Assembly (NCBI RefSeq): GCF_026571515.1
Contig: NW_026852812.1
Coordinates: 190,256-254,255, forward strand
Direction: 5' to 3'
DNA from: Ruditapes philippinarum
Taxonomy: Eukaryota
DNA: 64,000 bases
A program made the position numbers and the translations under genes. This document shows positions 1 through 11,356 of this stretch, piece after piece (position 1 is the first letter of the stretch; each line of letters opens with the position of its first letter). The notes under the pieces are model-generated. The model searched no databases and was not told the origin of the DNA. It worked only from the letters and a program-made list of their open reading frames with translations.

Positions 1-328
1 GTTCGCACCTAAATTTTCTGATCCTAGGAAAGAAATGAAATCTTTGAATTCTTTACTCACTTTCAAGAATATATAATTGTAGGAGATATGTATAAGTTAC
101 CTAGATGGCTGTGCCAAGGAGCGGAGTAGACATAGCAGACAGAAAATATTGAGGTATTAATATATTATATAGTAATACTTAACCTTTGTAATGACGCTTT
201 TCATTGGATAATTGTGACAATTATATGGTTTTATATACACGGCTGCTGTCAATTTATGACTTTTTTTCCTCTAAAAAGGAAGTTTGCTGTATTATGAAAA
301 GCTGCATGCTTCTAGATAAACCAAAAAT

Positions 329-412
329 ATTTCAAGAAAGTCAAACTTGAGAAAAATGTACGAAGATTTTAAGAAAGGGAAAAAGGTCCAAGATTCAAGT
401 AATAATTTACAT
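329..412. repeat. Roughly 85-bp direct repeat, copy 1
   Basis: atttcaagaaagtcaaacttgagaaaaatgta...taataatttaca recurs at 613-697 at about 90% identity. The two copies bracket the truncated hairpin-MITE. Confidence 0.8.
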
Positions 413-435
413 GTTATATGCAATTTTTGACACAA

Positions 436-612
436 GCCTGCCCATCCGGGCAGTCTGATCAGGATCCATGCTGTTTGCTATCAGTTTCTCTACTTGTAAT
501 AGAGTTGGTAAGCGAACAGCATGGATCCTGATCAGACTGGGCGGATGCGCAGGCTGGTCTGGATCCATGCTGGTCGCAAACGCACTATGTTGGTTTTGTC
601 GTGATGCAGCTC
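436..612. mobile_element. Hairpin-forming MITE (family A), 5'-truncated copy
   Basis: Shares agcctgc.catccg.gcagtctgatcaggatccatgctgtt...aacagcatggatcctgatcagactg..cggatgcgcaggctggtctggatccatgctggtcgcaaac with the copies at 2547, 6244 and 33470. The element is one long inverted repeat. Confidence 0.8.
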
Positions 613-697
613 ATTTCAAGAAAGTCAAACTTGAGAAAAATGTACTAAGATTTTAAGAAAGGGAAAAAGATCAAAGATTCAATTAATAATTTACAGT
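613..697. repeat. Roughly 85-bp direct repeat, copy 2
   Basis: See 329-412. Confidence 0.8.
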
Positions 698-1039
698 CAT
701 GCGATTAATGACCAATTTTGCATATTTCTAATTTGTTACTTATTTTTGCATATTTTGACCTATTTTTTGTTAATTTACTTTGATTGTAAGGCCTGTTTGC
801 AATGTGGAAATTACTGTCTTAGTTTGTTCTTTTCACAATATTTTACTTTTAAATACATTTTCAAAATTTTCATGAAAATTCACATGAATCTAGAGGTGTG
901 CAGCTTTAAAAAATTTAATGGGTATTGACACTTATTGTCTGTAATAGAAGGGATAGTTACATATTATGTGTATGTAGCATATATATTTCCTACCACTGAC
1001 TTCAAATCACTTGTCATGGGTTGTTGTGTATTGGGATCC

Positions 1040-1180
1040 TTTCATAGATGTTTCTTAATAGATGCTGTCCAGCTAGCTAACAAATGGGTTAGAGCATTAC
1101 CCTTACATAATGCACGGAGAGGTAGTTGAGATCGTCCTTCATCAGTAAAGCTGGAATGTTCCCATAATTATGACTTTTAA
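1040..1180 (+). mobile_element. SINE 3' fragment (same family as 1282-1550)
   Basis: Matches the body of the downstream copy: ctttcat..gctgtccagctagcta..taatgcacggag..catcagtaaagctggaatgt. Confidence 0.6.
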
Positions 1181-1281
1181 GCAGCGCAATGTAATTGTAT
1201 GATTTGTTATTGGAATTATTTAACCTGTTAATAATGAAGTGTCATTTTTACAGGCATGGTTTTAAAGAAATAATTAATTAG

Positions 1282-1550
1282 TGTGTCCGTGGCCGAGTGG
1301 TTAAGGTCGTTGACTTTAAACCACTTGCCCCTCACCGCTGTAGGTTCGAATCCTGACAGGGACTTTGGATTCTTTCATGCGAGGAAGCTATCCAGCTAGC
1401 TTACGGAACGTCGGTGGTTCTACTCAGGTGCCCGTTTGTGCCTGAAATAATGCACGGAAGGGCACCTGACGTCTTCCTCCACCAGTAAAACTGGAATGTC
1501 GCGATATGACCTATACTGTGTCGATGTGACGTAAAACCCAAAACAAACAA
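1282..1550 (+). mobile_element. tRNA-derived SINE (tRNA-Ser-like head gtggccgagtggttaagg...ggttcgaatcc)
   Basis: tRNA-like 5' head without acceptor-stem pairing, followed by a conserved body (gaagctatccagctagcttacgg...gcacctgacgtcttcctccaccagtaaaactgg) seen again in reverse at 20440, 22420, 41555, 54630 and 17690. Confidence 0.75.
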
Positions 1551-1784
1551 AAACAGTGCCATCAGCAAAATTATTGTATTCATTTTAACCAATCCCAGTA
1601 AGATCGTCGTTTTGGCTTCTTTACTCTTCGCTGCAAAGTGTAGCAGCAACAGTAAGGATATGATTTTAAAGAGATTTCATTCGCACAAAAGACACATAGC
1701 CTATAAATGAAATTTATTCACAGCTTCAGGAAGAAATTTTGGTTCTTAACTGAACTTTATGTTTATGAACTTGCTTATTTCAGA

Positions 1785-1898
1785 GAAAATTACCTGTTTA
1801 CCTGTGCATGTCCAAAATGTCTGTCACAAGCTGATGATGAAGATGTCACGTCTGAAGACGATGATGATGATGACGACGATGAAATGGAAAATGATTGA
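1785..1898 (+). CDS. Putative terminal coding exon of a neighbouring plus-strand gene ([38 protein letters not shown], stop)
   Basis: Acceptor ttatttcag|AGA at about 1783, in frame with ORF 1707..1898. CxCxxC motif followed by a poly-Asp tail. No upstream exons fall in the window. Confidence 0.3.
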   Translation, partial: ENYLFTCACPKCLSQADDEDVTSEDDDDDDDDEMEND

Positions 1899-2224
1899 AA
1901 GTTGACTTGTCTTTCTTGTTATATAAGAAATTTTAATACCTTGATAAACATGTGATATATATGTATATGTTGATATACGTGTGATATATTTCAATATTCT
2001 AGCTTTTTTTGTGAATGTTTAGTGAATGTAATGTGTTTGCATTTAAAGCATGTCTTTTCTGTCTTGATGGAAGTGTTACCATGTACTTTAATGACATACA
2101 TGATACTAAGATCCCTATACTTGAGGTCAAAGGCTAACTTCAGGTCTAAAGTTTTAAGTTTTAATCTGACCGGAAGTGTTAAAACAGGTGTTTGCTATTA
2201 CCTTAATGATGTATGATCACTAAA

Positions 2225-2420
2225 TTATTTAACCTTTTGTCTGCTGCCAGTGGCTGAATCTAACCCATGTGACCAGTGCCGTCCAAGGTCAGCCCACACA
2301 TCATTTTAAAGTGATCAAAGTCTGTAACTGATTGCTTTTCAGTCGGTACTTATTTTGTAACTTTCCCTTAAAGTAATAAAAGTTTTTGTTCAGATTGAAA
2401 AATAGGCAATTTTATTGAAG
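2225..2420 (+). repeat. Interspersed repeat family B copy
   Basis: ...gtgaccagtgc.g.ccaag.tcagcc... / ttccc.taaa..aa...ttttgt.cagattgaaa. Shared with 7918, 26200, 34740 (+) and 11060, 40795 (-). Confidence 0.55.
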
Positions 2421-2546
2421 GTTTTAGTAACGGTTGAATAATATACCATGACCGGCTTTAAAAAAAGAAACATGGTTAAAGAAAACAACATGTGAAGACT
2501 ATGTAAAGGAAATGTACAAAATCTTCAAATTTCTGCTACACATAAT

Positions 2547-2783
2547 TGAGCCTCCTCACAAAAAAACCAACATAGTGAGTTTGCGACCAGCATGGATCCA
2601 GACCAGCCTGCGCATCCGCGCAGTCTGATCTGGGTCCATGCTGTTTGCTATCAGTTTCTCTACTTGTAATAGGGTTGGTAAGCGAACATCATGGATCCTG
2701 ATCAGACTGGGCGGATGCGCAGGCTTGTCTGGATCCATGTTGGTCGCAAATCCATTATGTTGGTTTTGTCATGACGCCGCTCA
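2547..2783. mobile_element. Hairpin-forming MITE (family A), full copy
   Basis: About 237 bp. Termini tgagcc..cacaaaaaaccaac / gttggttttgtc.tgacgc.gctca. The internal arms are reverse complements of each other. ORF 2556..2738 lies inside it. Confidence 0.85.
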
Positions 2784-4289
2784 TATGGCCTTCACCACGA
2801 TCAGCATTGAATAAGAACAGATTTTATTTGATATTTTTATTTCAAAATTGTTTAACAAAAGAATAATAATAAATAACGTTATCAAAAATTGTATCAAAAG
2901 CGAAATATTGCACTTGATTTATGCAAATGGATGACCGAGAGAACAAAAACTCGATGCTTTGATCAACAAAGATTGCACGTCTTTGTTCCGGATATGTCTA
3001 ATTTTGACATATACGCTCGGTGTTATGACAATTTTCTTACACATGGTGCATAACTATAAATATCAAAAAGTGTTTTAGCCATTTGAAAACTATGGAAAAA
3101 AAATTCTATAAGAAATATCACAGATTAAGAACAAGTGGAAAATGTAAATGAAAAATACTAACACATTGATACATCCTAAAAGATATTTTCTATTAACAAG
3201 CAAGTACCCTGTTAAGTTTTGTGTTTTAAAATCACTTTCATTATAATCATCCCATTGTTTTGGTGTTACATATATGGAATGAATGAAGAGAATAAAAAAT
3301 ATAAAACCAACATCTTTGTCATTGTTTGTAATGAACCAAAAAATAACTGTAAAAAAATTATATACATTGTACTCTGCCAAAAACAGATCAATCACTCAAT
3401 GCAAAATCTCATTGTCTACTTGAATATCATAACAATTAAATTAATATAAATATATTTGTAATAATGTTGTAACCATGTATATTTTCAGTTAAATATCCCC
3501 TTTTTTTGAATTTTCAATTATGTCCCCTTAATTTGCATTTCCAGTCTTATTTCCAGTCTCCAATTCTGAAACTGGAAATTTTAGTTTTCTAATATTCAAA
3601 ATACGGTTTTTCTCTATCAAAATAATAATGTTAAACTTCATAATAAAATCATTTATTCAATGGAATATTAAAAAATCTTGCAAAAACTAAAAATCTATTT
3701 TTTGTTTGTACCTGCGGAGTAATACATTTTGTGTAGTATTGATTGATCTCAATCACACTATAATACCAACCCTTGATGAACTTGTATGTTCTAATCAATC
3801 CAAAACAAAATAAAAAGTCTTAATATAGAAAAAAATAATTTTCACTTACCCTAAACACATGGTGATTGATTATCATTTTCCTCATAATATGAGCTCTTAA
3901 TTTCAAAACAACGACAGTGTGACCCCTGCACTGTGGGAATTTGAGGTAACTATTTTATCATATTTTATACATACAATCAGTATAACATGGCAGTGATTGT
4001 TTTTTAATTTTTTTTTTTAAATGTTTGTTATAACAGGAGATATGTTTAATCTATATAGTAATACATCTATAGTTACTTATATCGTCTACATACACTAAAC
4101 TAGTATGTAGAATTTCAGGAGAAAGAATCCAATCATTGAAAAGTCCCTTACTAAATGACAATCAAGAACAAAAAAGTATCTAAATATCATTCATAACTGT
4201 AAACAAGAACTTATCCATACATGGTAACAAAAAACAAAACAATATTGGAAAAATCTTTTTAAAAAATCAATTTGCAAACTAATGTTTTA

Positions 4290-4625
4290 AATTCATTTAC
4301 TATAAAATATGAACCACTATGAATCAATCAAATAAACATGAACCACTCAAATACATTTACTAATTAAAACATGAACCACTCAAAAACAATTAATAATAAA
4401 ATCAACAAACCACTCAAATACATTTACTAATAAAATCCACAAACCACTCAAATACTTTTACTAAAAAAATCAACAAACCACTCAAATACATTTACTAAAA
4501 AAATCAACAAACCACTCAAATACATTTACTCAAAAAATCAACAAACCACTCGAATACATTTACTAAAAAAAATCAACAAACCACTCAAATACATTTACTA
4601 ATAAAACATGACCCACTCAAAGAAA
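4290..4625. repeat. Minisatellite, about 32-bp unit x about 10 (aaatcaacaaaccactcaaatacatttactaa)
   Basis: The tandem period is visible by eye. Confidence 0.85.
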
Positions 4626-4989
4626 ACAGGACTTGCTTAAATACATTTACTTATAAAACATCACATACTCATTTATTACTACAAAATGTAATCAAGTAAG
4701 GTATTTTAACAATAACCAACCCAAATTTTTACAGAAATTAAATTCATTTGCACTGTAAGAACATGAGATTAACCAAAATTACTATCTCATTCTACCTAAC
4801 CACAAAACAAAATACAACAATTACAAAAGGTAATACACATAGAATAAAAGTTATGACATAATATAATAAAATTATGATGCATACTCTGCATTTATACAAT
4901 AGTAGATAAGAAATATACACAATTATAAACACTGATATTTCTCAAGATTAAAGAATACCCTTTCTCAAACAAGAAATTACATAAACTCT

Positions 4990-5270
4990 CCAAAATATCA
5001 TAAAATAATATTCCCTCTCGCATATATATATAGCACAGTAATAATAAATTAACACTTCCTCTCAAATAAAGCAATTGCTACTACCTCTCGAGTATAGAAG
5101 TCTGTTGCACTCTCAAATATAATAACTAATATTCCCTCTCAAATATAGCAAATGCTACTCCCTCTCTCAAAACAGCTTTTTGCTGTCTCAAATATAATAC
5201 TACTCCCTAGCTCAAATACAGAAGTCAATATGCCCTCTCAAATGTAAAGAAACTTCCTCACTAATATAGA
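4990..5270. repeat. Minisatellite, about 33-35-bp unit x about 8 (tccctctcaaatatagcaa.tgctac)
   Basis: Tandem units with drift. Confidence 0.75.
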
Positions 5271-6243
5271 GCAACAAAAACATAATGGTCTCATTTCACA
5301 GAATACTGGGCATACTGAATGTACATACACACACACATGCATATCTATTAATATACATCAACAATATTATTGAAACAAAATTCTTCTTCTTTTTTTTTTA
5401 TTAACAGAGCTCTACTAAATGACTGAGGCTTACATATAAATAGTGCTGAAAAAAATTGTATAGAAAAAAATCATAAGCTAACCTATGGGTAAAGCGTACC
5501 AGGTACCACATGAGGTACTTTAATCACAAAACCTTGCATCACACATTCAAGAAAGTATAGAATACTTCACCATGACGTTTTATGATTTTTAACACTCGCA
5601 TGGTGCCTTTTATTTCAATGTGACATTTATGCCAAGTGAGAACTACCTTTATTTGTTGGTCATACTCTTTCAGTTCACATAAATGAAGTTCACACAAAAT
5701 GGTTTTTTTTATCTATGTCTGGAACTTTTTTTTGGTTTCAATCTTTTTTTCACAATAATTTAAATATGGTACAACTAATAATGAATTTTCTATCATTCTT
5801 CCACTAAAGTTCATACTTACACATTGAGAACTTCTTTATTACTTTGTAATATTCCTACGCAATGATATTTTTATATTTGCACAGAAGTGCTATTTTTTTT
5901 ATAAATACTCGTGTATTGTACAAATTTTATTTTTACCCACTTGGTCACACTGACATATATTTTCTAGTATTTTTAAATTTTTTTAAAAAATGTTCTATTT
6001 ACAACATCTTTGATTATGTTGCCTAGCAACAGGTCCATGTAAGATAATTAACAAATCCAAGTTCATCACCAAACACAATCGGTACACGCTGTGGGGTGGA
6101 GTCATCAATAACCATCATTGATGTAACTGGTGACGTACAGAAAAACTGACCCACCTGTAATGTAATACAATTACAGAATAAACATAAAAGAAAAAACACT
6201 TTAGTTGTTTTTTCTCTAAAAGTTTTGGCTCATTTTCATTATT

Positions 6244-6481
6244 TGAGCCACGCCATGACAAAACCAACATAATGGTTTTGCGACCAGCATGGATCCAGAC
6301 TAGCCTGCGCATCCGCGCAGTCTGATCAGGATCCATGCTGTTCGCTATCAGTTTCTCTACTTGTAATAGGGTTTGTAAGCGAACAACATGGATCCTGATC
6401 AGACTGCTCGGATGCGCAGGCTGGTCTGGATCCATGCTGGTCGCAAACCCATTATGTTGGTTTTGTCGTGACGCGGCTCAA
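6244..6481. mobile_element. Hairpin-forming MITE (family A), full copy
   Basis: 238 bp. Termini tgagccacgccatgacaaaaccaac / gttggttttgtcgtgacgcggctca. ORFs 6115..6435 and 6335..6544 are artefacts of the palindrome. Confidence 0.85.
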
Positions 6482-6774
6482 TTTTGTGTTTCTCTCCATT
6501 TTTTTTACAGTACATGTATTTCAGTTATACACTGCAGTAGTTAAAGGCTTTTAGATTACGATGTATCCCTACTAGAAAAATGCTTGCGATAGTAGTGGAT
6601 AAAAGGAGTTTGATATATGGTCTTCAATTGAACAAAATCGAAACTCAAGGACAGAAGTACAGTTTGGTTATTACATTATACCGAATTTTACCAAATATTT
6701 AGTCAACTCTGGATGGTCTGTTTACCTAATCGGCTTTACAAAATAATTATCCAGTAATACATGACAGACCACTA

Positions 6775-6905
6775 ATCCTACTAGGGACAAAAAATCACTA
6801 GACTCACTATCAGAGATCAATTGTATCAGAGAAATTCTGCCTCGCCCTAGGATTGAACCAGCAACCTACAAATCTGACGCTCTCCCTATTGAGCAAAGCC
6901 AGCAG
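6775..6905 (-). mobile_element. tRNA-derived SINE fragment
   Basis: Reverse-complement tRNA-like head: ggctgctggctttgctcaatagggagagcgtcagatttgtaggttgctggttcaatcctagggcgaggcag. Confidence 0.6.
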
Positions 6906-7195
6906 CCTGTTTAAAGTCTATCTCTCAAAATGACTAGAACAGCTAGGCTCTGTACACCCCTTCATTATTTCAGGAACTTTAGTAGGACCACTGACCTTGC
7001 ATAACTATCTAAATATTATTTCAGGCATTTTAGTAGGACCACTGACTGTGCATAATTGATTGGGATACTCTCCTTAGAGAAGAAATGGTTAAATGATTGA
7101 TTGTCAAGCATCTTTGCCACTGTCTCTTAAAGCATCTCTATTGGGTTACATACCCAAATCAGAGAGTGAAAACCACAGTAAACCTGATCCTTACT

Positions 7196-7384
7196 CTAAG
7201 TTGGTATCAAAAGAATAGTTAAATGGGTATCACAATAATAGAAATGTATTATCTTCAGATGTAAAAAATACAACAATTTTACCTGTTTCATATTCCTGTC
7301 CCAGACTTTGATGGTTTTATCTTTAGATGCAGTGAAGATGTAACCTTGACCTGTAGCCACACAGGTAATCTCTAAAGCATGCAC
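7196..7384 (-). CDS. TEP1: TEP1 terminal coding exon (VHALEITCVATGQGYIFTASKDKTIKVWDRNMKQ, then VKLLYFLHLKIIHFYYCDTHLTILLIPT and stop)
   Basis: ORF 7196..7384. Acceptor ttttgtag|GTG. Resembles human TALHVLPELLVTATKDRDVKLWERPSMQ. A possible donor CAG|GTAAAA at 7283 would give an alternative C-terminus. Confidence 0.6.
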   Translation of the reverse strand: MHALEITCVATGQGYIFTASKDKTIKVWDRNMKQVKLLYFLHLKIIHFYYCDTHLTILLIPT

Positions 7385-7647
7385 CTACAAAAGTGAATAT
7401 AATTTATTAATAAAAAAATTGAATTCTCTATAGAAAATTTACTGTTTTCCTTTATTGTTTGTAGAGCTAACAAAACAAAAATCCAGAAACAACAAATGCA
7501 TATGGTATCCCAATAATTTACTTAAGTATATCATAACTATTTCACAACTGGTAGGAAGATTCAAACACATAACTATTGTCCTTTTGTATTAATAGGGCAT
7601 GCCTCATTCTGGTTAATTTATGAAATACACTTTAGTAAATACCAAAG

Positions 7648-7830
7648 GGGAGCGGTGGCCTAGTGGTTAAGGTGTCTGCCCTAATTGGGACATAACCATG
7701 TTACTTCATAAGCCACCAGTACTTACATATGATACCAGTACTGGTTGGTTCCAGGAAGCAGACTTGAATGCGATCAATATTAGTTGCAAGAACTTAGCAA
7801 TCAAGCTTAAATAAATATGTTTAAAGCAAT
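7648..7830 (+). mobile_element. tRNA-derived SINE (head ggggagcggtggcctagtggttaaggtgtctgcc)
   Basis: Same head and tail (gatcaatattagttgcaagaacttagcaatcaagctt) as the copy at 32700-32900. Confidence 0.75.
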
Positions 7831-7917
7831 AAATACCAGGAAAGAGACTGAACATCAATGACCTTGATATTTCACCATAACATTATTTCAAACATACATG
7901 TATACTATACTAAAGTA

Positions 7918-8204
7918 ATGTGAATCACTGCATTAGATTCTACCCATTTGACCAGTGCAGATTCAAACATATACTAGTAATGTTAACATTTTCCCTGCTG
8001 ACCAAAACAGATTCTATCCATGTGACCAGTGCAGACCAAGATCAGCCATCTCATCCCTGCCATCTGATCACTGCCTGTACTGATCAATATTTTAATCACT
8101 AAATATTTTTAAATTTTCCCTAAAAATGATGAATGCTTTTTGTCCAGATTCAAAGATGGACTATTCCATTTAAGATATTTAACATGCTCAGGGTTAAAAC
8201 TTAC
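7918..8204 (+). repeat. Interspersed repeat family B copy, ending at the TEP1 exon donor at 8204/8205
   Basis: Core ttccctaaaaatgatgaatgctttttgtccagattcaaagatggactattccatttaagatattt lies about 88 nt from the splice donor. Confidence 0.7.
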
Positions 8205-8420
8205 CTTCACACAGTATTGGGGTTCTGTGGGAGAGCTGGTACAGTTAACCTGTCCCCTTGTATCTACGATAATCTGTGACCCTCCAACAGATGTAACATC
8301 AGTTATCCACTTGCCCCCAAGTTTGTGAGCAGGTATGTTTTTTGGTATAGAGTTTTCATCATCTTTAACACTGACAGTTCTTATGTCTCTGAAATCAGCA
8401 ATCCTGCCATTCTTTTCCTT
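8205..8420 (-). CDS. TEP1: TEP1 exon (KEKNGRIADFRDIRTVSVKDDENSIPKNIPAHKLGGKWITDVTSVGGSQIIVDTRGQVNCTSSPTEPQYCVK)
   Basis: Acceptor ttttctag, donor GAAG|GTAAGT. 72 open codons in phase 0. Plus ORF 8140..8328 is its antisense image. Confidence 0.7.
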
Positions 8421-8929
8421 CTAGAAAACAAAAAATATAACAATTATTGGTATCCCTCTGAGAAAAAGAAAACATAACAGTAACTGATATTTTTTTGAGA
8501 AAATGAAAATATAACAATAATTGATATCCCTCTGAGAAAATGAAAATTTAATGATGCATGTAAATAGAAACCCTCTGAACATTCAAAGTTGCAACAACTT
8601 AAAGTTGTCTATCCTGTAAATCATATAATATACCCTTGAAAGTTTACGGAATAGTAAAGTTTTAATAGTAAATAAATGACAGACAAATAATAAGCAGCTT
8701 TGAGGATAGAATGTTAAAATAAGTAATTTAATGATAAACTATGTATCAATCTAAGTCATTGAAAATTATTTTCAAAATTTATTTTTCTTTTAATGGTTGG
8801 TCAGTTAGTAACAAAGGCTGCCAGTATAACTGCTTGATTGATGTTTGATGAAGTATTTGATTAAACAGTTACACATTGCCATGACAATCTATTTATAGAC
8901 ATATGACGTCCTCATGATATAATTTCTCG

Positions 8930-9130
8930 CATCCAAATTCCAAACAGTGATTTTATTAAGCGATAATATCACTGTTAGTTTATACAAATTTATTTTAGTT
9001 TGAATGTAAAGGAAGCTATAAGCTTACTGAAACACTCTGGAATCCGTTCCTGGAATCAACCAGTACTAAGCAATGAGTTTCTTGGGCTCAAGGAAACAAC
9101 TGCTTGCCCCTGAGCCAGTTGGTCAGCAAT
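8930..9130. repeat. Interspersed repeat family F copy
   Basis: ...ggaagctataagcttactgaaacactc...ccagtactaagcaatgag is shared with 55400-55560 and partly with 33700-33870. Confidence 0.5.
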
Positions 9131-9205
9131 CCTTAGATTACTAGTCCAAAGCGTTAACCACCCCACCACGCTTAATATTTTTGTAAATATATTAACAAGA
9201 CTTAC

Positions 9206-9296
9206 CAAAGACACATAAAGAACACTGCCACTCATTGTCATGACTGTGATCCTGTTATGCTGCTCCCATTTCACCTTTAGTAACCATGATGACTGG
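9206..9296 (-). CDS. TEP1: TEP1 exon (QSSWLLKVKWEQHNRITVMTMSGSVLYVSL)
   Basis: Anchored on ORF 9056..9274. Acceptor tttattaacag|C, donor TTG|GTAAGT. Confidence 0.75.
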
Positions 9297-9589
9297 CTGT
9301 TAATAAAAATATAATCATACTTTGATTCACAGTATGGTTATCATACAGTATTAAATTGTTAAGTCTTGAAAAAAATAATGTAGAAATACAAATATTGGAA
9401 TCTTGTTAACTAATACTACATACAGTTGCAAATATAAAGCATGGCAAGTTATTTATGAAAATATAGTAAAAATAGTTCATAAGTATTTGACTAGATAGCG
9501 GCATGTGATAATCTTTTCTTGCGTATCAAACAGGATTATATACATGTACTGTTTACACCAGTGCTACAAAAACCTGTCTTACATCCACC

Positions 9590-9736
9590 CACGTTCTTTT
9601 GACATTGAAAATGAATAACTCACTCAAAATCAATTATTTTGACATTCAAATTGATTAACTCACTCAAAATCAGTTATTTTGACATTCAAAATGAATAACT
9701 CACTCAAAATCAGTTATTTTGACATTCAAAATTAAT
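9590..9736. repeat. 40-bp minisatellite (gacattcaaaatgaataactcactcaaaatcagttatttt), left block
   Basis: About 3.5 units. The array resumes at 10435-10605 after the inserted MITE. Confidence 0.85.
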
Positions 9737-9737
9737 A

Positions 9738-10432
9738 CCGTATAAGTGTTTTTTTCTGCGGTGACTTTATTTCTGTGTTTTCTGCGGTCAGTTTCAGCAC
9801 CAAAGAAATAAAAACCGCAGAACATTTCTTTTACCTGCTACGATATGTATCCTACATTGTAACCTGTTTCGTCTAAAGTAATAACGACTAACGGATTATA
9901 ACGGTTAGCCGGTTTTCGAGTTGTATAAAATTGCTGTAGCCTAAGTATGTAATCTGTGTTTGTAAGGATGTACCTATTGTTAATTATGCTAATTAAAGAA
10001 TAAAGATATTTCAAACCATTCCAACCCTTATACTGCTAAATAATCGTTATATACTTTAATTGTCATCTGATTTACGGTATACTTCTATCAATTTTATTAA
10101 ATTAAAGATACTAACGGGGTATATTTTTCACACTTCATTTCACGCTGATCAAAGATGTATACCTTTCTATTGTTGCGCATTATATTTGTTTGCAAGCAAA
10201 CAAAAAAATTGTTTATAATTACTATACAGTTTTTGCGGTGACAACGATAAACAAATGCGAACGTGTACATGCAAATATAATAGATAGGTGTCTTTGATAG
10301 ACGAGTCGCAGAATTTAAATCACGTTTTGTCCAAAGAATGTGCCGCAGAAATAAAGTCCGCAGAAATAAAAACATGCCAAAATTCAGAAAAAACGCAGAA
10401 TTTTGAGCCTGCAGGAAAAAACACTTATACGG
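9738..10432. mobile_element. Non-autonomous DNA transposon (MITE, about 695 bp) with a TA target-site duplication, inserted in the minisatellite
   Basis: TIRs ccgtataagtgtttttttctgcgg / ccgcaggaaaaaacacttatacgg. Flanking TA at 9736-9737 and 10433-10434. Removing the element plus one TA restores an intact 40-bp unit. ORFs 10097..10444 and 10288..10512 lie inside. Confidence 0.8.
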
Positions 10433-10434
10433 TA

Positions 10435-10605
10435 ACTTACTCAAAATCAGTTATTTTGACATTCAAATCGAACAACTCACTCATAATCAGTTTTGACATT
10501 CAAAATGAATAACTCACTCAGAATCAGTTATTTTGACATTCAAAATTAATAACTCACTCAGAATCATTTATTTTGACATTCAAAATGAATAACTCACTCA
10601 TAATC
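10435..10605. repeat. 40-bp minisatellite, right block
   Basis: About 4 units of the same repeat. Confidence 0.85.
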
Positions 10606-11059
10606 TGTCTGTTTGGCCGCAATTAGTTTTGAATCCCATAATTTGATCACTCCTGACCATTCTGTTGAGCAGATCAACTTATCTGCTCCATAATTCCATG
10701 TGTCCAGACTGAGAACTGGTGACTCGGTCTTCAATGTGTTCCTTTTACTTGCACTGAAATGTCACAATAAACCAATCTTAAATTTTTTTTTATATGGAAA
10801 ATTGAGTAAAATGTCACATCAATAATAATGTAAGGTCACATGACATTTTCTCTGTCAATTACAGCCTCAGCTATTCCTCTACACCTTTATTTCAGTCACA
10901 AACAACACCTAGTTAGAATTACTGACCTTCTGAAAGGTAATTAAAAAAGTACCAAACACCCTCCTGACAGATTTAACACTAAGACATAAACCAAAAAAAC
11001 AAATGCCAATCAAATATCTTTTTCAAGTTTTTGTCTTTACACTTAAACTGCTGAATTAA

Positions 11060-11230
11060 TTAAATGGACTTGTCCAAATTCCATTTTTGAAACTGTCCAT
11101 TATTAATTTTTATGGGATATCAAAATAAAAACGGAAGTCAGTCAGCCAACAGTACATTTGTATAATGCTTAGTCAGATACTGTTAGCCATGACTTATCAC
11201 TTTTGATACCCAGCTGGTTTAAGACTTGAA
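11060..11230 (-). repeat. Interspersed repeat family B copy (reverse)
   Basis: aaatggacttgtccaaattccatttttgaaactg is the reverse complement of the B core. Confidence 0.6.
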
Positions 11231-11339
11231 AGATTAAACATTACATACAGGTCTTCTTTTTTCTTCCATAGCAGGGGCTGTCTAAGGGCGGCTACCTCAA
11301 AGAAAAAAGAAAAATTCCTTAAAATTATTCAATTCCCCG

Positions 11340-11356
11340 CCCCCCCCCCCCCCTGA
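11340..11356. repeat. Poly-C homopolymer, about 17 nt
   Basis: ccgcccccccccccccct. Confidence 0.9.

Noticed and set aside
1282-1360. Possible tRNA genes at tRNA-like heads (also 7650, 32701 and about 12 reverse copies)
   Set aside because: The D-arm/T-arm motifs are present, but acceptor stems do not pair and anticodon stems are broken. Each is followed by a conserved SINE body, and there are many diverged copies. These are tRNA-derived SINEs.
3090-3395. 101-aa minus ORF and overlapping 76-aa plus ORF
   Set aside because: The DNA is extremely AT-rich, the peptides are I/F/N/K/Y-dominated, and both strands are open. This is typical of non-coding AT-rich sequence.
468-6544. ORFs 468..656, 2556..2738, 6115..6435 and 6335..6544 with mirror-like peptides (MDPDQ.AHP.SLIRIH.. 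/ MLFAISFSTCNRV..)
   Set aside because: All lie inside hairpin MITE copies. The palindromic DNA yields reciprocal ORFs on both strands.
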